Source: an uncultured Fidelibacterota bacterium
Lineage (GTDB): Bacteria; Fidelibacterota; Marinisomatia; Marinisomatales; Marinisomataceae
Assembly: GCA_902599655.1 (NCBI GenBank)
Contig: CACKGC010000002.1
Location: forward strand, 13,951 to 77,950
Length of the DNA stretch: 64,000 nt
Direction of reading: 5' to 3'
The translations under genes and the position numbers were made by a program. Below the pieces are notes generated by a model that was not told the DNA's origin, searched no databases, and was given only the letters and a program-made list of their open reading frames with translations. Every line of letters starts with the position of its first letter. Positions within the stretch are counted from its first letter, which is position 1. This document shows positions 53,298 through 63,854 of the stretch, piece after piece.

Positions 53298-53918
53298 ATG
53301 TACGGCTTAATTGGTAAAAAAGTTAAAATGACCCAAATTTTTAATGAAAATGGTCATGTTGTACCTGTCACGCTTGTTGAAGCTGGTCCTTGTACTGTTT
53401 CTCAAATTAAAGAAGAAAAAGATAACGGTTATAACGCAGTTCAATTAGCGTATGGTCAAAAATCAAAAAACAATACTAATAAACCAACAACAGGTCATTT
53501 GTCTAAGGCTGGATTAGAAACAGCTAAAGTTTTAGCAGAGTTTAAGTCTATAGAAGATTTTGAATATAAGCTTGGACAACAGTTTGATGCTTCAATTTTT
53601 AATGTCGGTGAAATAATTGACGTAAGAGCTAAATCAAAAGGTAAAGGTTTTGCAGGAACTATTAAAAGACACAACTTTGCAAGACAAGATGCGACTCATG
53701 GTAATAAGCATACTGAAAGAGCTCCAGGTTCTATTGGACAAGCATCATGGCCTTCAAGAGTTTTTAAAGGAATGAGAATGGCTGGAAGAATGGGCTCAGA
53801 TAATGTAACAGTTAAAAATTTAGAAATAGTAGATATAGACAATAAAAATAATTTATTATTTATTAAGGGAGCAATTCCTGGTGCAAATAATTCACCAGTA
53901 TTTTTGTTTAAAAAATGA
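53298..53918 (+). CDS. rplC: 50S ribosomal protein L3
   Basis: MTQIF, GYNAVQL, KGKGFAG, APGSIG. Confidence 0.98.
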   Translation: MYGLIGKKVKMTQIFNENGHVVPVTLVEAGPCTVSQIKEEKDNGYNAVQLAYGQKSKNNTNKPTTGHLSKAGLETAKVLAEFKSIEDFEYKLGQQFDASIFNVGEIIDVRAKSKGKGFAGTIKRHNFARQDATHGNKHTERAPGSIGQASWPSRVFKGMRMAGRMGSDNVTVKNLEIVDIDNKNNLLFIKGAIPGANNSPVFLFKK

Positions 53919-54532
53919 AGATTAAATCAATAGATACCAGTAAAGATTTTACTTTGAAAGACAATGTTTTCAAAGTTGAAATGAACTCGCAAGCAGTTTA
54001 TCAGTCTGTTGTTGCAGAAATGAATAATGCTAGACAAGGAACGAGTTCATCTAAAAACAGATCTTTGGTTTCTGGTGGAGGTAAAAAGCCTTTTAGACAG
54101 AAAGGTACCGGTAACGCTAGACAAGGTACTAGCAGATCTCCACTGAATAGAGGTGGAGGTGTTATTTTTGGTCCAAGTCCAAAATATTATTTCAAGAAAG
54201 TTAATGCTAAAACTAAGCAGCTTGCTTTTAAATGCATATTATCTGATAAGGTTAAAAATGATTCATTTAAAGTGGTTGAATCATTTCCTAATCAACCTAA
54301 AACCAAAGAATTTATATCTTTTTTAAGAAAAAATAATCTTGATGGTAGAAAGTTGACAATTATATCTTCAGTAATTGACGATAACCTGTCCCTAGCATCA
54401 AGAAATGTACCTTATGTTTCACTAGTTAAAGCTAATTCTTGTTCAGTTAAAGATTTATTTGATAATGAATTAATACTTATTGATGTATCTGGACTAGAGG
54501 ATCTTTCAAATAGATTTGGAGGTAAAAACTAA
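53915..54532 (+). CDS. rplD: 50S ribosomal protein L4
   Basis: GGGKKPFRQKGTGNARQG, GGGVIFGP. Confidence 0.98.
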   Translation: MKIKSIDTSKDFTLKDNVFKVEMNSQAVYQSVVAEMNNARQGTSSSKNRSLVSGGGKKPFRQKGTGNARQGTSRSPLNRGGGVIFGPSPKYYFKKVNAKTKQLAFKCILSDKVKNDSFKVVESFPNQPKTKEFISFLRKNNLDGRKLTIISSVIDDNLSLASRNVPYVSLVKANSCSVKDLFDNELILIDVSGLEDLSNRFGGKN

Positions 54533-54843
54533 TGAAGCATTTTTCAAAGATTTTGATTAGACCTATTGTTACTGAAAAGATGACAGCCTTACAAGAAACA
54601 GAGAATAAATACGCTTTTGAGATACCTTCTGATATCAATAAGATTGATGTTAAAAAAGCTGTTGAAGAAAAATTCAATGTAAAAGTTTCTAAGGTTGCAA
54701 TTTCTAACAGAAAAGGTAAAGCAAAGCAAATGACAGTTAAAAGTAATGGTCGAACTATAAGAACTGATGGATTTGCTAAAAGTAAAAAAAGAGCCATTGT
54801 TACACTAATAGATGGTTATAATATAGATTTATTTAGCGTATAG
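54532..54843 (+). CDS. rplW: 50S ribosomal protein L23
   Basis: PIVTEK, KKAVEEKFNVKV, KRAIVTL. Confidence 0.96.
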   Translation: MKHFSKILIRPIVTEKMTALQETENKYAFEIPSDINKIDVKKAVEEKFNVKVSKVAISNRKGKAKQMTVKSNGRTIRTDGFAKSKKRAIVTLIDGYNIDLFSV

Positions 54844-54852
54844 GTATTTAAA

Positions 54853-55680
54853 ATGGCTATTAGACAACTTAAACCAGTAACTCCAGCATCTAGATTTACT
54901 TCTAGACCAGATTTTTCTGAAATTACAACTGATAAGCCAGAGAAATCTTTGGTGAGAAAGCTCAAGAAAACTGGTGGTAGAAATAATAAAGGTCGTATTA
55001 CTTCCAGAAGAAGAGGTGGCGGACATAAAAGAAGCTATAGAATTATCGATTTTAAAAGAAATAAATTTGATATAGAGGGCAAAGTAGCAACAATTGAATA
55101 TGATCCAAACAGAAGTGCATTTATTGCCTTAATTCACTATATCGATGGTGAAAAAAGATATATTATACAGCCTGATGGTTTAAAAGTTGGAGATAAAATT
55201 ATTTCCAGCGAAAAAGCTGAGCTAAAAACTGGAAATGCCATGCAGTTAAAAAATATTCCATCTGGACAATTTGTTCATAATATCGAAATGATTCCTGGAA
55301 AAGGAGCACAGATGGCTAGAAGCGCAGGTGCATATGTTCAAGTTATGGCTCATGACAACAATTATGTTACTCTTAAAATGCCATCAGGAGAAGTTAGAAT
55401 GGTACCTGAAAAATGTTTAGCAACTGTAGGTGTTGTAGGAAATAAACAACACGAGTTGGTTCGTTCAGGAAAAGCTGGAAGATCAAGATGGCTTGGAAGA
55501 CGACCAAAAGTTAGAGGTGTAGCGATGAATCCAGTTGATCATCCAATGGGTGGTGGTGAAGGTAAAAGTTCTGGAGGTAGACATCCTGTTTCACCATGGG
55601 GTAAGCAAACAAAAGGTTTAAAAACCCGTAAAAAGAATAAAAAATCAAATGCTTTAATTATTAAAAGGAGAAATGATTAA
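54853..55680 (+). CDS. rplB: 50S ribosomal protein L2
   Basis: [29 protein letters not shown]. Confidence 0.99.
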   Translation: MAIRQLKPVTPASRFTSRPDFSEITTDKPEKSLVRKLKKTGGRNNKGRITSRRRGGGHKRSYRIIDFKRNKFDIEGKVATIEYDPNRSAFIALIHYIDGEKRYIIQPDGLKVGDKIISSEKAELKTGNAMQLKNIPSGQFVHNIEMIPGKGAQMARSAGAYVQVMAHDNNYVTLKMPSGEVRMVPEKCLATVGVVGNKQHELVRSGKAGRSRWLGRRPKVRGVAMNPVDHPMGGGEGKSSGGRHPVSPWGKQTKGLKTRKKNKKSNALIIKRRND

Positions 55681-55952
55681 TGGCTAGATCCATTAGAAAA
55701 GGTCCTCATATTGATATGAAACTTTTAAAAAAGGTTCATAAAATGGAAGAATCTTCAAAAAAGTCTGTTATTAAGACTTGGGCTAGAAACTCAATTATTC
55801 TTCCAGACTTTGTAGGCCATACGTTTGCCGTTCATAATGGTAATAAGTTTATTCCAGTTTTCATTACTGAAAATATGGTAGGTCACAAACTAGGTGAATT
55901 TTCTCCAACAAGAACATTTAGAATGCATTCTGGAGATAGAAAGAAAAAATAA
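55680..55952 (+). CDS. rpsS: 30S ribosomal protein S19
   Basis: [22 protein letters not shown]. Confidence 0.99.
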   Translation: MARSIRKGPHIDMKLLKKVHKMEESSKKSVIKTWARNSIILPDFVGHTFAVHNGNKFIPVFITENMVGHKLGEFSPTRTFRMHSGDRKKK

Positions 55953-56287
55953 TGATGGAAATTGTATCAAAAGCAAATAGTGTTAGAATTTCTCCAAAAA
56001 AACTGAGAAAGGTAGCTGATTTGGTAAGAGGTTTAAATGTAAATAAAGCTCTTAACTCTTTAAGTCATATGGATGAAAAAGGGGCAGCTATTATTTTAAA
56101 AACTTTATCTTCAGCTATTGCTAATGCTGATAACAACGAAGATTTCAATCTTGATATGAATTCAGTTAATGTAAAAACTATTACTGTTGATGAAGGCCCA
56201 GCATTAAAAAGATTTAGAGCAAGAGCGCAAGGGCGAGCAAACAGAATTAAGAAAAGAACTAGTCACTTAAAAATTGTTATAGGGTAA
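55952..56287 (+). CDS. rplV: 50S ribosomal protein L22
   Basis: SPKKLR, SAIANA, RAQGRA, RTSH. Confidence 0.98.
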   Translation: MMEIVSKANSVRISPKKLRKVADLVRGLNVNKALNSLSHMDEKGAAIILKTLSSAIANADNNEDFNLDMNSVNVKTITVDEGPALKRFRARAQGRANRIKKRTSHLKIVIG

Positions 56288-56291
56288 ATAG

Positions 56292-56930
56292 ATGGGACAA
56301 AAGACACATCCAAAAGGACTTAGATTAGAAGTTAATAAAAATTGGACTTCCAATTGGTTTCCAAAGAAGAATGCCTATGCTACTGATTTGGCTCAAGATA
56401 TTAAGTTAAGAAAGTATTTGAAGAAAAGACTACAAGACGCTTCAGTTGCTTCTGTGAATATTGAAAGAACTTCTCAAGCAATTACTGTTACGATACATAC
56501 TGCTAGACCAGGTATTGTAATTGGTAGAGGCGGTGAGGAAGTTGCTAGACTGAAAAAAGAAGTTGCTAAGCTATGTAATACTGAAGATATACATCTAAAT
56601 ATTAACGAAGTAAAACGTCCAGAATTAAATGCAGAATTGGTTGGCCAAAATATTGCTTCTCAGTTGGTTAAAAAAATGCCATATAGAAGAGTTTTAAATA
56701 AAACTATGCAATCAACTATGAGAATGGGTGCTGAAGGAATTAGAATTAATGTATCTGGTAGATTAGGTGGTGTTGAAATTGCAAGATCTGAAAGATTTAT
56801 GGAGGGAAGAGTACCTCTTCATACTTTGAGAGCAGACATTGATTATGCACTTGTTGAAGCACATACTACTTATGGTATTATTGGAATTAAAGTTTGGATT
56901 TGTAACGGATTTGCAAAGGCTAAGAAATAA
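56292..56930 (+). CDS. rpsC: 30S ribosomal protein S3
   Basis: [32 protein letters not shown]. Confidence 0.99.
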   Translation: MGQKTHPKGLRLEVNKNWTSNWFPKKNAYATDLAQDIKLRKYLKKRLQDASVASVNIERTSQAITVTIHTARPGIVIGRGGEEVARLKKEVAKLCNTEDIHLNINEVKRPELNAELVGQNIASQLVKKMPYRRVLNKTMQSTMRMGAEGIRINVSGRLGGVEIARSERFMEGRVPLHTLRADIDYALVEAHTTYGIIGIKVWICNGFAKAKK

Positions 56931-57352
56931 TGTTAGAACCAAAAAAGATTAAATACAGAAAAGTCCACAGAGGAAACCGTAAAGGAATGGCTAAAGGCGG
57001 TACCGAAGTAAACTTTGGTAGCTATGGAATGAAAGCAATGGAGCCAGGATGGATCACTGCTAGACAAATAGAAGCAACAAGAATTTCTATATCTAGAAGA
57101 GTAAGAAAAGTAGGAAAGATGTGGATTAGAATTTTTCCTGATAAGCCTATTACGAAGAAACCTCTTGAAACAAGAATGGGTAAAGGTAAAGGTTCTCCTG
57201 AATATTGGGTAGCTAATGTAAGACCAGGAAGAATTTTATTTGAAGTTGAAGGAATATCAAAAGAATTGGCTCAAGAAGCTTTTAGAATTGCTGGAAATAA
57301 GCTAGCAATCAAAACAAAATTAGTATCTAGAAGAGGTTTAGATGAAAATTGA
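56930..57352 (+). CDS. rplP: 50S ribosomal protein L16
   Basis: RQIEATR, WIRIFPD, RMGKGKG. Confidence 0.99.
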   Translation: MLEPKKIKYRKVHRGNRKGMAKGGTEVNFGSYGMKAMEPGWITARQIEATRISISRRVRKVGKMWIRIFPDKPITKKPLETRMGKGKGSPEYWVANVRPGRILFEVEGISKELAQEAFRIAGNKLAIKTKLVSRRGLDEN

Positions 57353-57545
57353 AGATCTTAGAAAATTGTCTGAAAATGACTTGAAATCAAGATTGATTGA
57401 TAATATGGAAAGTTTACAGAAGTATCGTTTCCAAAAATCTATTCAACAATTAGAAGATTACAAGCTTATTTCTGAAATGAAAAAAGAGAATGCTAAGATT
57501 AATACTATATTAAAAGAATTATCTTTAAATGGAGAAAATAATTAA
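57342..57545 (+). CDS. rpmC: 50S ribosomal protein L29
   Basis: DLRKLS, RFQ, AKINTIL; operon position. Confidence 0.93.
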   Translation: MKIEDLRKLSENDLKSRLIDNMESLQKYRFQKSIQQLEDYKLISEMKKENAKINTILKELSLNGENN

Positions 57546-57799
57546 TGGATAGAAATGCTCAAAGAATGGTAGGAAAAGTTATTTCAAATGCAATGGACAA
57601 AACTGTTGTAGTGAGCGTTGAAAGACTTGTAAAGCACAAGCTTTATAAGAAATATATGAAAAGATCTAAAAAATACTATGCTCATGATGAAAAGAACGCA
57701 TTTAATGTTGGAGACACCGTTCAAATAGTTGCTTCTAAACCTTTGAGCAAGACTAAAAGATGGAGAGCTTCTAAGCTTATTAGCGGTAGTAAAAAATAA
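57545..57799 (+). CDS. rpsQ: 30S ribosomal protein S17
   Basis: [19 protein letters not shown]. Confidence 0.98.
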   Translation: MDRNAQRMVGKVISNAMDKTVVVSVERLVKHKLYKKYMKRSKKYYAHDEKNAFNVGDTVQIVASKPLSKTKRWRASKLISGSKK

Positions 57800-58167
57800 T
57801 GATTCAACAGGAAACAAGATTAAAAGTAGCAGATAATTCTGGAGCCAAAGTTGTACAATGCTTCAAAGTGTTGGGAGGTTCAAAGAAAAGATATGCGAGC
57901 ATTGGAGATATTATAGTTGTATCTGTCAAATCATCGACTCCTGGCGGTATGGTTAAAAAGGGTGAAGTTGCTAGAGCAGTTGTTGTCAGAGTAAAAAAAG
58001 AAGTCAGAAGAAGAGATGGCTCTTATATTAGATTTGATGATAATGCTGCAGTAATATTAAATGCTCAGAATGAGCCAAAAGGAACAAGAATTTTTGGTCC
58101 TGTAGCAAGAGAATTAAGAGAAGGCGGGTATATGAAAATTATTTCAATGGCCCCAGAGGTATTATAA
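57799..58167 (+). CDS. rplN: 50S ribosomal protein L14
   Basis: [22 protein letters not shown]. Confidence 0.99.
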   Translation: MIQQETRLKVADNSGAKVVQCFKVLGGSKKRYASIGDIIVVSVKSSTPGGMVKKGEVARAVVVRVKKEVRRRDGSYIRFDDNAAVILNAQNEPKGTRIFGPVARELREGGYMKIISMAPEVL

Positions 58168-58473
58168 ATGAAAATTAAAAAAGATATGATGGTTAAGGTT
58201 GTTTCTGGAAACTTCAAAGGCATGACTGGAAAAGTGCTAAAAGTTATTCCTCACTCTCAACGAGCAATTGTTGAAGGTGTTGCATTAACAAAAAGAGCAG
58301 TACGTCCTACTCAAGAGAATCCACAAGGAGGTTTTTCAGAAAGAGAAAGATCGTTACATATTTCTAACTTGATGGCTCTGGAAGGCGATGATGCTTCAAG
58401 AATTGGTTTTAAAATTCTTGATGATAAATCTAAAGTTAGAGTTTCAAAGAGAAGTGGCAAAGAATTAGGATAA
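58168..58473 (+). CDS. rplX: 50S ribosomal protein L24
   Basis: KOW motif, VEGV, LHISN. Confidence 0.97.
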   Translation: MKIKKDMMVKVVSGNFKGMTGKVLKVIPHSQRAIVEGVALTKRAVRPTQENPQGGFSERERSLHISNLMALEGDDASRIGFKILDDKSKVRVSKRSGKELG

Positions 58474-59058
58474 ATGATGAGTATTCCAAATTATAAGAAA
58501 AAATATTTAGATGAAGTTAGACCTCATCTAATGAAAAAGTTTGAATTCACTAGCATTATGCAAGTACCAAAAATTGAGAAAATCACTCTAAATATTGGAA
58601 TTGGAGATGCTAAAAATAATAAAAAGGCATTGCAGTCTGCCTTAGAAGAGTTGATGTTAATAACTGGTCAAAAGCCTGTTATTACTACTGCTAAAAAGGA
58701 TATTTCTAACTTTAAGGTTAGAAGAGGTTTCCCTGTTGGTTGTAAAGTTACTCTTAGAAAAGACTTTATGTATGAGTTTTTAGAAAGATTGTGTGCAGTT
58801 GCATTACCTAGAACCAGAGATTTTAGAGGTTTGTCTTTCAAGTCTTTTGATGGTATGGGTAATTATAGTTTTGGTATTAAAGAGCAAGTTGTTTTTGCGG
58901 AGATAGATTATGATAAAGTTGATTCAATTAGAGGTATGGATGTAATTATTACCACTTCATCTTTAAATGATGATGTTTGTTATGAACTGTTAAGAGCGAT
59001 GGGTTTGCCTATTAGGGAAAAAAATGTTGTAAACAATATTGAGGAACAGGATGGCTAA
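58474..59058 (+). CDS. rplE: 50S ribosomal protein L5
   Basis: [29 protein letters not shown]. Confidence 0.98.
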   Translation: MMSIPNYKKKYLDEVRPHLMKKFEFTSIMQVPKIEKITLNIGIGDAKNNKKALQSALEELMLITGQKPVITTAKKDISNFKVRRGFPVGCKVTLRKDFMYEFLERLCAVALPRTRDFRGLSFKSFDGMGNYSFGIKEQVVFAEIDYDKVDSIRGMDVIITTSSLNDDVCYELLRAMGLPIREKNVVNNIEEQDG

Positions 59059-59356
59059 AAAATCAAAAATTGTTAGAGAGTTTCATTTACAGAAAAAAGT
59101 TCAAAGACATTTTGAATTAAGAAAAGAATTAAGAGCAATAATTAAAAATCCAAATGTATCTGACGAAGAGAAAGAGAAAGCTATTATTAAAATGCAAAAA
59201 CTTCCTAGATCTTCCAGTGCTTCAAGATTAACAAATCGTTGTGCTGTATCTGGAAGGCCAAAAGGATATATGAGAAAATTTGGATTATCAAGAATAACAT
59301 TTAGAGAGCTTGCACTCAAAGGTGAATTGCCGGGTGTAACTAAGGCAAGTTGGTAG
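59051..59356 (+). CDS. rpsN: 30S ribosomal protein S14, long zinc-independent form (101 aa)
   Basis: [33 protein letters not shown]; only one Cys. Confidence 0.98.
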   Translation: MAKKSKIVREFHLQKKVQRHFELRKELRAIIKNPNVSDEEKEKAIIKMQKLPRSSSASRLTNRCAVSGRPKGYMRKFGLSRITFRELALKGELPGVTKASW

Positions 59357-59365
59357 GAGAAATAT

Positions 59366-59764
59366 ATGTCAATGACAGATCCAATAGCAGATTTTTGTAC
59401 TAGAATTAGAAATGGTTATGCTGCAAAAAAGAGATGGGTTGATGTACCTTCATCCACTTTAAAGAAAAGATTATCTCTTGTTCTCAAAGAAGAAGGTTAT
59501 ATAGATAACTTTGTTTTTGTAGATAAAGAAGATAGCAAAGAAGATATTAGATTATATCTCAGATATAATGAAAATTCTCCTGCTATTACAACAATTGAAA
59601 AAATTAGCAAACCTGGAAAAAGAGTGTATGTAGCATGTTCGGAAATTCCAAGAGTATTAAATGGTTTGGGAATTAGCGTTTTATCAACTCCTAAAGGAGT
59701 AGTAAGTAATAAGGTAGCTAGAGAATTAAAAGTTGGAGGAGAGTTGCTCTGCAACGTTTGGTAG
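59366..59764 (+). CDS. rpsH: 30S ribosomal protein S8
   Basis: DPIAD, SKPGKRVY, STPKG, VGGE. Confidence 0.98.
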   Translation: MSMTDPIADFCTRIRNGYAAKKRWVDVPSSTLKKRLSLVLKEEGYIDNFVFVDKEDSKEDIRLYLRYNENSPAITTIEKISKPGKRVYVACSEIPRVLNGLGISVLSTPKGVVSNKVARELKVGGELLCNVW

Positions 59765-59765
59765 T

Positions 59766-60308
59766 ATGTCAAGAGTTGGAAATAGATTAATTAATATTCC
59801 TGATGGAGTTTCTTTAGAAAATAAAGAAAGCCAGTTAATGGTTAAAGGTCCTAATGGAAGTCTTATGGTAAATTTGTGTGACGAAATTTCAGTCAACATT
59901 GATGATAATGTCATGAATCTTTCAAGAAATTCTGAAGATAAAGTTGCAAAATCTATGCACGGTACTACAAGACAGTTAATTTCTAATGCTATTGAAGGTG
60001 TTACAAATGGTTATTCCAAACACCTTGAAATTATTGGAGTTGGTTTTAATGTCAAGTCTCAGAGTAATAGGTTAATATTTCAGTTAGGTTTTTCACATGA
60101 TATTGCATTTGATTTACCGGAGGGTATTGAAGCAGTAGCTAACAAAACCTCGCTTGAAATTAAAGGCGCTGATAAACAGTTAGTCGGTCAAGTTGCTGCT
60201 AAGATTAGATCTTTGAAGAAGCCTGAGCCATACAAAGGAAAAGGTATTAGATATAAGGATGAATATGTTCGTTCAAAACAAGGTAAAACAGTTGGAGGGG
60301 GCGAATAA
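59766..60308 (+). CDS. rplF: 50S ribosomal protein L6
   Basis: MSRVG, LGFSH, PEPYKGKG; start at ATG 59766. Confidence 0.98.
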   Translation: MSRVGNRLINIPDGVSLENKESQLMVKGPNGSLMVNLCDEISVNIDDNVMNLSRNSEDKVAKSMHGTTRQLISNAIEGVTNGYSKHLEIIGVGFNVKSQSNRLIFQLGFSHDIAFDLPEGIEAVANKTSLEIKGADKQLVGQVAAKIRSLKKPEPYKGKGIRYKDEYVRSKQGKTVGGGE

Positions 60309-60667
60309 TGAGAGCTTTAAAGCTTAAAAAAGAACAATATTTGAGAAGAAGAAAGAGATCAAAAAAAGCTTTTGCTAATAAAGGTGAAATGAGATTATGT
60401 ATTTTTAAGAGTACTAATCACATTGAAGCGCAAATCATTGATGATTTCAATCAAAAGACTATTGTTTCTGCTTCTTCAAAAGAGAAAGAGTTTTCAAAGA
60501 AAAAGGTGACTAAAACTGAACTTGCTGCGCTTGTTGGAACTTCTCTTTCCAAAAGAGTAAAAGGAAAAAAGATTAATAAAATTTATTTCGATAGAAATGG
60601 ATTTAGATACCACGGAAGAGTTAAATCTTTAGCTGATGCAGCTAGAGAAGGTGGTCTTAAATTTTAA
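60308..60667 (+). CDS. rplR: 50S ribosomal protein L18
   Basis: AQIIDD, FDRNGFRYHGRV, AREGGLKF. Confidence 0.98.
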   Translation: MRALKLKKEQYLRRRKRSKKAFANKGEMRLCIFKSTNHIEAQIIDDFNQKTIVSASSKEKEFSKKKVTKTELAALVGTSLSKRVKGKKINKIYFDRNGFRYHGRVKSLADAAREGGLKF

Positions 60668-60679
60668 GATGGAGCATAA

Positions 60680-61186
60680 ATGAGTATGATAAATTTTTCA
60701 GAACTTGATTTAAAAGAAGAATCAGTTATCAGAATTAATAGAGTAGCTAAAGTTAATTCACGTGGAAAAAGGTTTAGTTTTTCTACTCTTGTAGTTATTG
60801 GTGATGGTAAATCATATGTTGGTATTGGTTCTGGAAAAGCTAATGAGGTTATTGTCTCAATAAATAAGGCTAAAGAAAATGCTAGACAAAATTTGGTTAA
60901 AGTTCCAGTAATAAATTATACTATCCCTCATGAAATAATTGGAAAGCATGGCGCTAGTAGAGTTTTACTAAAGCCTGCTCCTTATGGTACAGGTATCATT
61001 GCCGGTTCAGCGGTAAGATTAATTATGGAGCAAGTTGGAATTAATAATATTTATTCAAAAGTATTAGGATCTAACAATGCTATGAACGTTGCAAAAGCTG
61101 TCATGAATGCATTAACTAGCTTACAGGATGTCAGAGTTGTAGCCAAGAAAAGAGGAAAAACACCTAAAACACTTTTTGAGATTTAA
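60680..61186 (+). CDS. rpsE: 30S ribosomal protein S5
   Basis: INRVAKV, GKANEV, GTGIIAG. Confidence 0.98.
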   Translation: MSMINFSELDLKEESVIRINRVAKVNSRGKRFSFSTLVVIGDGKSYVGIGSGKANEVIVSINKAKENARQNLVKVPVINYTIPHEIIGKHGASRVLLKPAPYGTGIIAGSAVRLIMEQVGINNIYSKVLGSNNAMNVAKAVMNALTSLQDVRVVAKKRGKTPKTLFEI

Positions 61187-61188
61187 AA

Positions 61189-61374
61189 ATGGCTAAAAAA
61201 CAATTAAAAATAACACAAATTAAAAGCAGAATTGGATATTCAAGAAAAGCCAAAGCTACGCTTGATGCATTAGGGCTCACTAAAATGAATAAATCAGTTA
61301 TTAAAGAAGCAAATGACGCTATAGTGGGTATGATTAAGAAAATTGATTATTTAGTAAAGGTAGAAGAAGTATGA
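61189..61374 (+). CDS. rpmD: 50S ribosomal protein L30
   Basis: ITQIKSRIG, TLDALGL, GMI. Confidence 0.96.
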   Translation: MAKKQLKITQIKSRIGYSRKAKATLDALGLTKMNKSVIKEANDAIVGMIKKIDYLVKVEEV

Positions 61375-61802
61375 AACTAGTTAAACCAACAAATGCACTC
61401 AAAAAATCTAAAAGAGTTGGAAGAGGTCATGGTTCTGGTTTAGGAACTACTGCTGGTAGAGGTCATAAAGGCGCCGGTCAGAGGAGTGGTCACAAATACC
61501 GTTTTTGGTTTGAAGGTGGTCAGATGCCTTTACATAGAAGAGTCCCAATGAGAGGATTTAATAATTCTAATTTTGCAAAAACCTTTGAAATAGTTAACCT
61601 TTCACAAATTTCCAAGCTTAAAGTGAAGAATGTTGATGCTGAAGTAATGTCAAAAAATGGACTTATTTCTTCTAGTTTTGCACCAGTGAAAGTTTTAGGA
61701 AATGGATCCATTGATAAAGCGGTTAATGTTACCGCATCTTCATTCAGCGATTCTGCAGCAAAAAAAATTGAGGATGCTGGAGGAAAGGCTACCACTCTGT
61801 GA
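61371..61802 (+). CDS. rplO: 50S ribosomal protein L15
   Basis: RVGRGHGSG, FEGGQMPL, KVLGNG. Confidence 0.98.
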   Translation: MKLVKPTNALKKSKRVGRGHGSGLGTTAGRGHKGAGQRSGHKYRFWFEGGQMPLHRRVPMRGFNNSNFAKTFEIVNLSQISKLKVKNVDAEVMSKNGLISSSFAPVKVLGNGSIDKAVNVTASSFSDSAAKKIEDAGGKATTL

Positions 61803-63106
61803 TTGAAAAAATAAGAAATATTTTTGCAATACCAGAGCTTAGGAGAAAAATTTTATTTACCTTAGGTATTCTAGTAATTGTAAGACTTGGTTCTCAGGTG
61901 CCAATTCCAGGTATTAATCCTGACGCACTAAGACAAACAATGGAATCTTTAAATGATACATTCTTTGGCTTATTTAACTTGTTCACTGGAGGAGCATTTG
62001 GTCAAGCTGCAATTTTTGGGTTAGGAATTATGCCATATATTTCTGTTTCTATTGTTATTCAAATTTTACAAACTACACTTCCTTATTTTCAAAGATTAGC
62101 TATGGAAGGTGAGAGTGGAAGAGCAAAAATTACTCAAATAACAAGATATGGAACTGTCGTTTTAGCGTTTGTTCAATCTATTTTTATCGCTTTACTACTT
62201 GAAAGTTACGGTATTGTTTTAGATCCAGGTTTTCTTTTTAGATTTACTGCTGTAGTAAGTATTACTACTGGTACTATGCTTTTGTTATGGCTTGGTGAAA
62301 AAATTACGGAACACGGAATTGGAAACGGTATTTCTTTAATTATTATGGTCGGTATTATCGCTGGATTTCCAAACGTAGTAATTTCTGAGATTTCATATTT
62401 TCAACAAGGTGTCAGAGGAATTCTTTCTGAATTATTTTTAATGCTCCTTTTCTTCTTTTTAGTGATGATGATTATTTTGGTTCAACAGGGTGTAAGAAAA
62501 GTTCCTGTTCAATACGCAAGAAGAATTGTAGGTCGTAAAGTATATGGAGGTCAGAATACTTACTTACCTTTAAAAATTAATACTGCTGGAGTAATTCCAA
62601 TTATTTTTGCTCAATCCATAATTCTTATTCCAGGAACTATTGCAACGTTTTTTGGACAGGATGCAACTCAATCAAACTTTATCTCCTTATTTGCTATGGA
62701 TCACTGGTTTTCTAATACGATGTTTGCATTGTTGATTATATTTTTCACTTATTTTTATACTGCATTACAATTTGATCCAAATCAAGTATCTTCGACCCTA
62801 AAACAACAGGGCGGTTTTATCCCTGGTGTTAAACCAGGAAAAAAGACTGCAGAGTTTATTGAAAATATTTTAACTAGAGTTACACTACCAGGCGCTTGTT
62901 TCTTAGGTTTTATAGCTCTTATGCCATATTTTCTTCAGCAATTTGCTGGATTAGATTATGCTTATGCATCATTTTTTGGTGGAACAAGCTTGCTTATTGT
63001 TGTTGGTGTTGGATTAGATACTTTAAGCCAGATAGAGTCTCATTTATTATCAAGACATTATGATGGTTTTTTAACTAAAGGTAAGGTACGAAGTAGACGT
63101 GGTTGA
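61799..63106 (+). CDS. secY: Preprotein translocase SecY
   Basis: IPIPG, LGIMPYI, GIGNGIS, AGVIPIIFA, IPGVKPG, GGTSLLI. Confidence 0.99.
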   Translation: MIEKIRNIFAIPELRRKILFTLGILVIVRLGSQVPIPGINPDALRQTMESLNDTFFGLFNLFTGGAFGQAAIFGLGIMPYISVSIVIQILQTTLPYFQRLAMEGESGRAKITQITRYGTVVLAFVQSIFIALLLESYGIVLDPGFLFRFTAVVSITTGTMLLLWLGEKITEHGIGNGISLIIMVGIIAGFPNVVISEISYFQQGVRGILSELFLMLLFFFLVMMIILVQQGVRKVPVQYARRIVGRKVYGGQNTYLPLKINTAGVIPIIFAQSIILIPGTIATFFGQDATQSNFISLFAMDHWFSNTMFALLIIFFTYFYTALQFDPNQVSSTLKQQGGFIPGVKPGKKTAEFIENILTRVTLPGACFLGFIALMPYFLQQFAGLDYAYASFFGGTSLLIVVGVGLDTLSQIESHLLSRHYDGFLTKGKVRSRRG

Positions 63107-63848
63107 TATTAATAATCATATTGAAGTTAATGCTATATCTGAAAGCTGTCAGATTCTTTCAGATACTCTTGATTTGGTAGAGAAAAGTATTTTTCCAGGT
63201 CAATCAGTTTTGGAGTTAGATAAAATAGCTGAAAATTACATTAGTTCATGTAATGCCAAACCTGCGTTTAAAGGGTATGATGGATTTCCAGCTACTCTAA
63301 CTGTTTCTATTGATGATGAAATCGTTCATGGAATCCCAAAAGATGTAGTACTTTTTGAAGGACAAATTGTAAGTATTGATTGCGGAGTAATTAAAAATGA
63401 TTTTTATAGTGATTCAGCAAGAACAATAGCTGTAGGTAAAATTTCTGAAGAAAAGCAAAGATTGTTAGATGTAACAAAAAAAGCATTAGAAATTGGGATT
63501 AAAAATGCTGTTATTGGAAATAAAATATTTGATATAAGCAATTCAATACAAGAATATGTTGAATCCGAAGGTTTTTCAATTGTTAGAGAGTTGGTTGGTC
63601 ACGGTATTGGTAGGCAATTACATATTAAGCCTCAAGTTCCAAATTTTTCTAACCCTGTAACTGCAGATTTGAATGTTGAATTGAAAGAAGGAATGTGCTT
63701 AGCTATTGAGCCTATGGTAAATGTAGGAACTAGACATATTAAAACTGATAGCGATGGATGGACAATTAGGACTGAAGATGGCAGTGCAAGTGCACACTTT
63801 GAACATTCAATTCTTATTACTAAGTTCCAACCCAGAATTTTAACGTAA
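63099..63848 (+). CDS. map: Methionine aminopeptidase type I
   Basis: VHGIP, IDCG, SDSART, GHGIG, IEPM, SAHFEH. Confidence 0.97.
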   Translation: MVDINNHIEVNAISESCQILSDTLDLVEKSIFPGQSVLELDKIAENYISSCNAKPAFKGYDGFPATLTVSIDDEIVHGIPKDVVLFEGQIVSIDCGVIKNDFYSDSARTIAVGKISEEKQRLLDVTKKALEIGIKNAVIGNKIFDISNSIQEYVESEGFSIVRELVGHGIGRQLHIKPQVPNFSNPVTADLNVELKEGMCLAIEPMVNVGTRHIKTDSDGWTIRTEDGSASAHFEHSILITKFQPRILT

Positions 63849-63854
63849 GAAAAA

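Noticed and set aside
60754-60769. parS-like TAATTCACGTGGAAAA in rpsE
   Set aside because: Only the core matches; the outer GTT/AAC arms are missing and it lies in conserved coding sequence.
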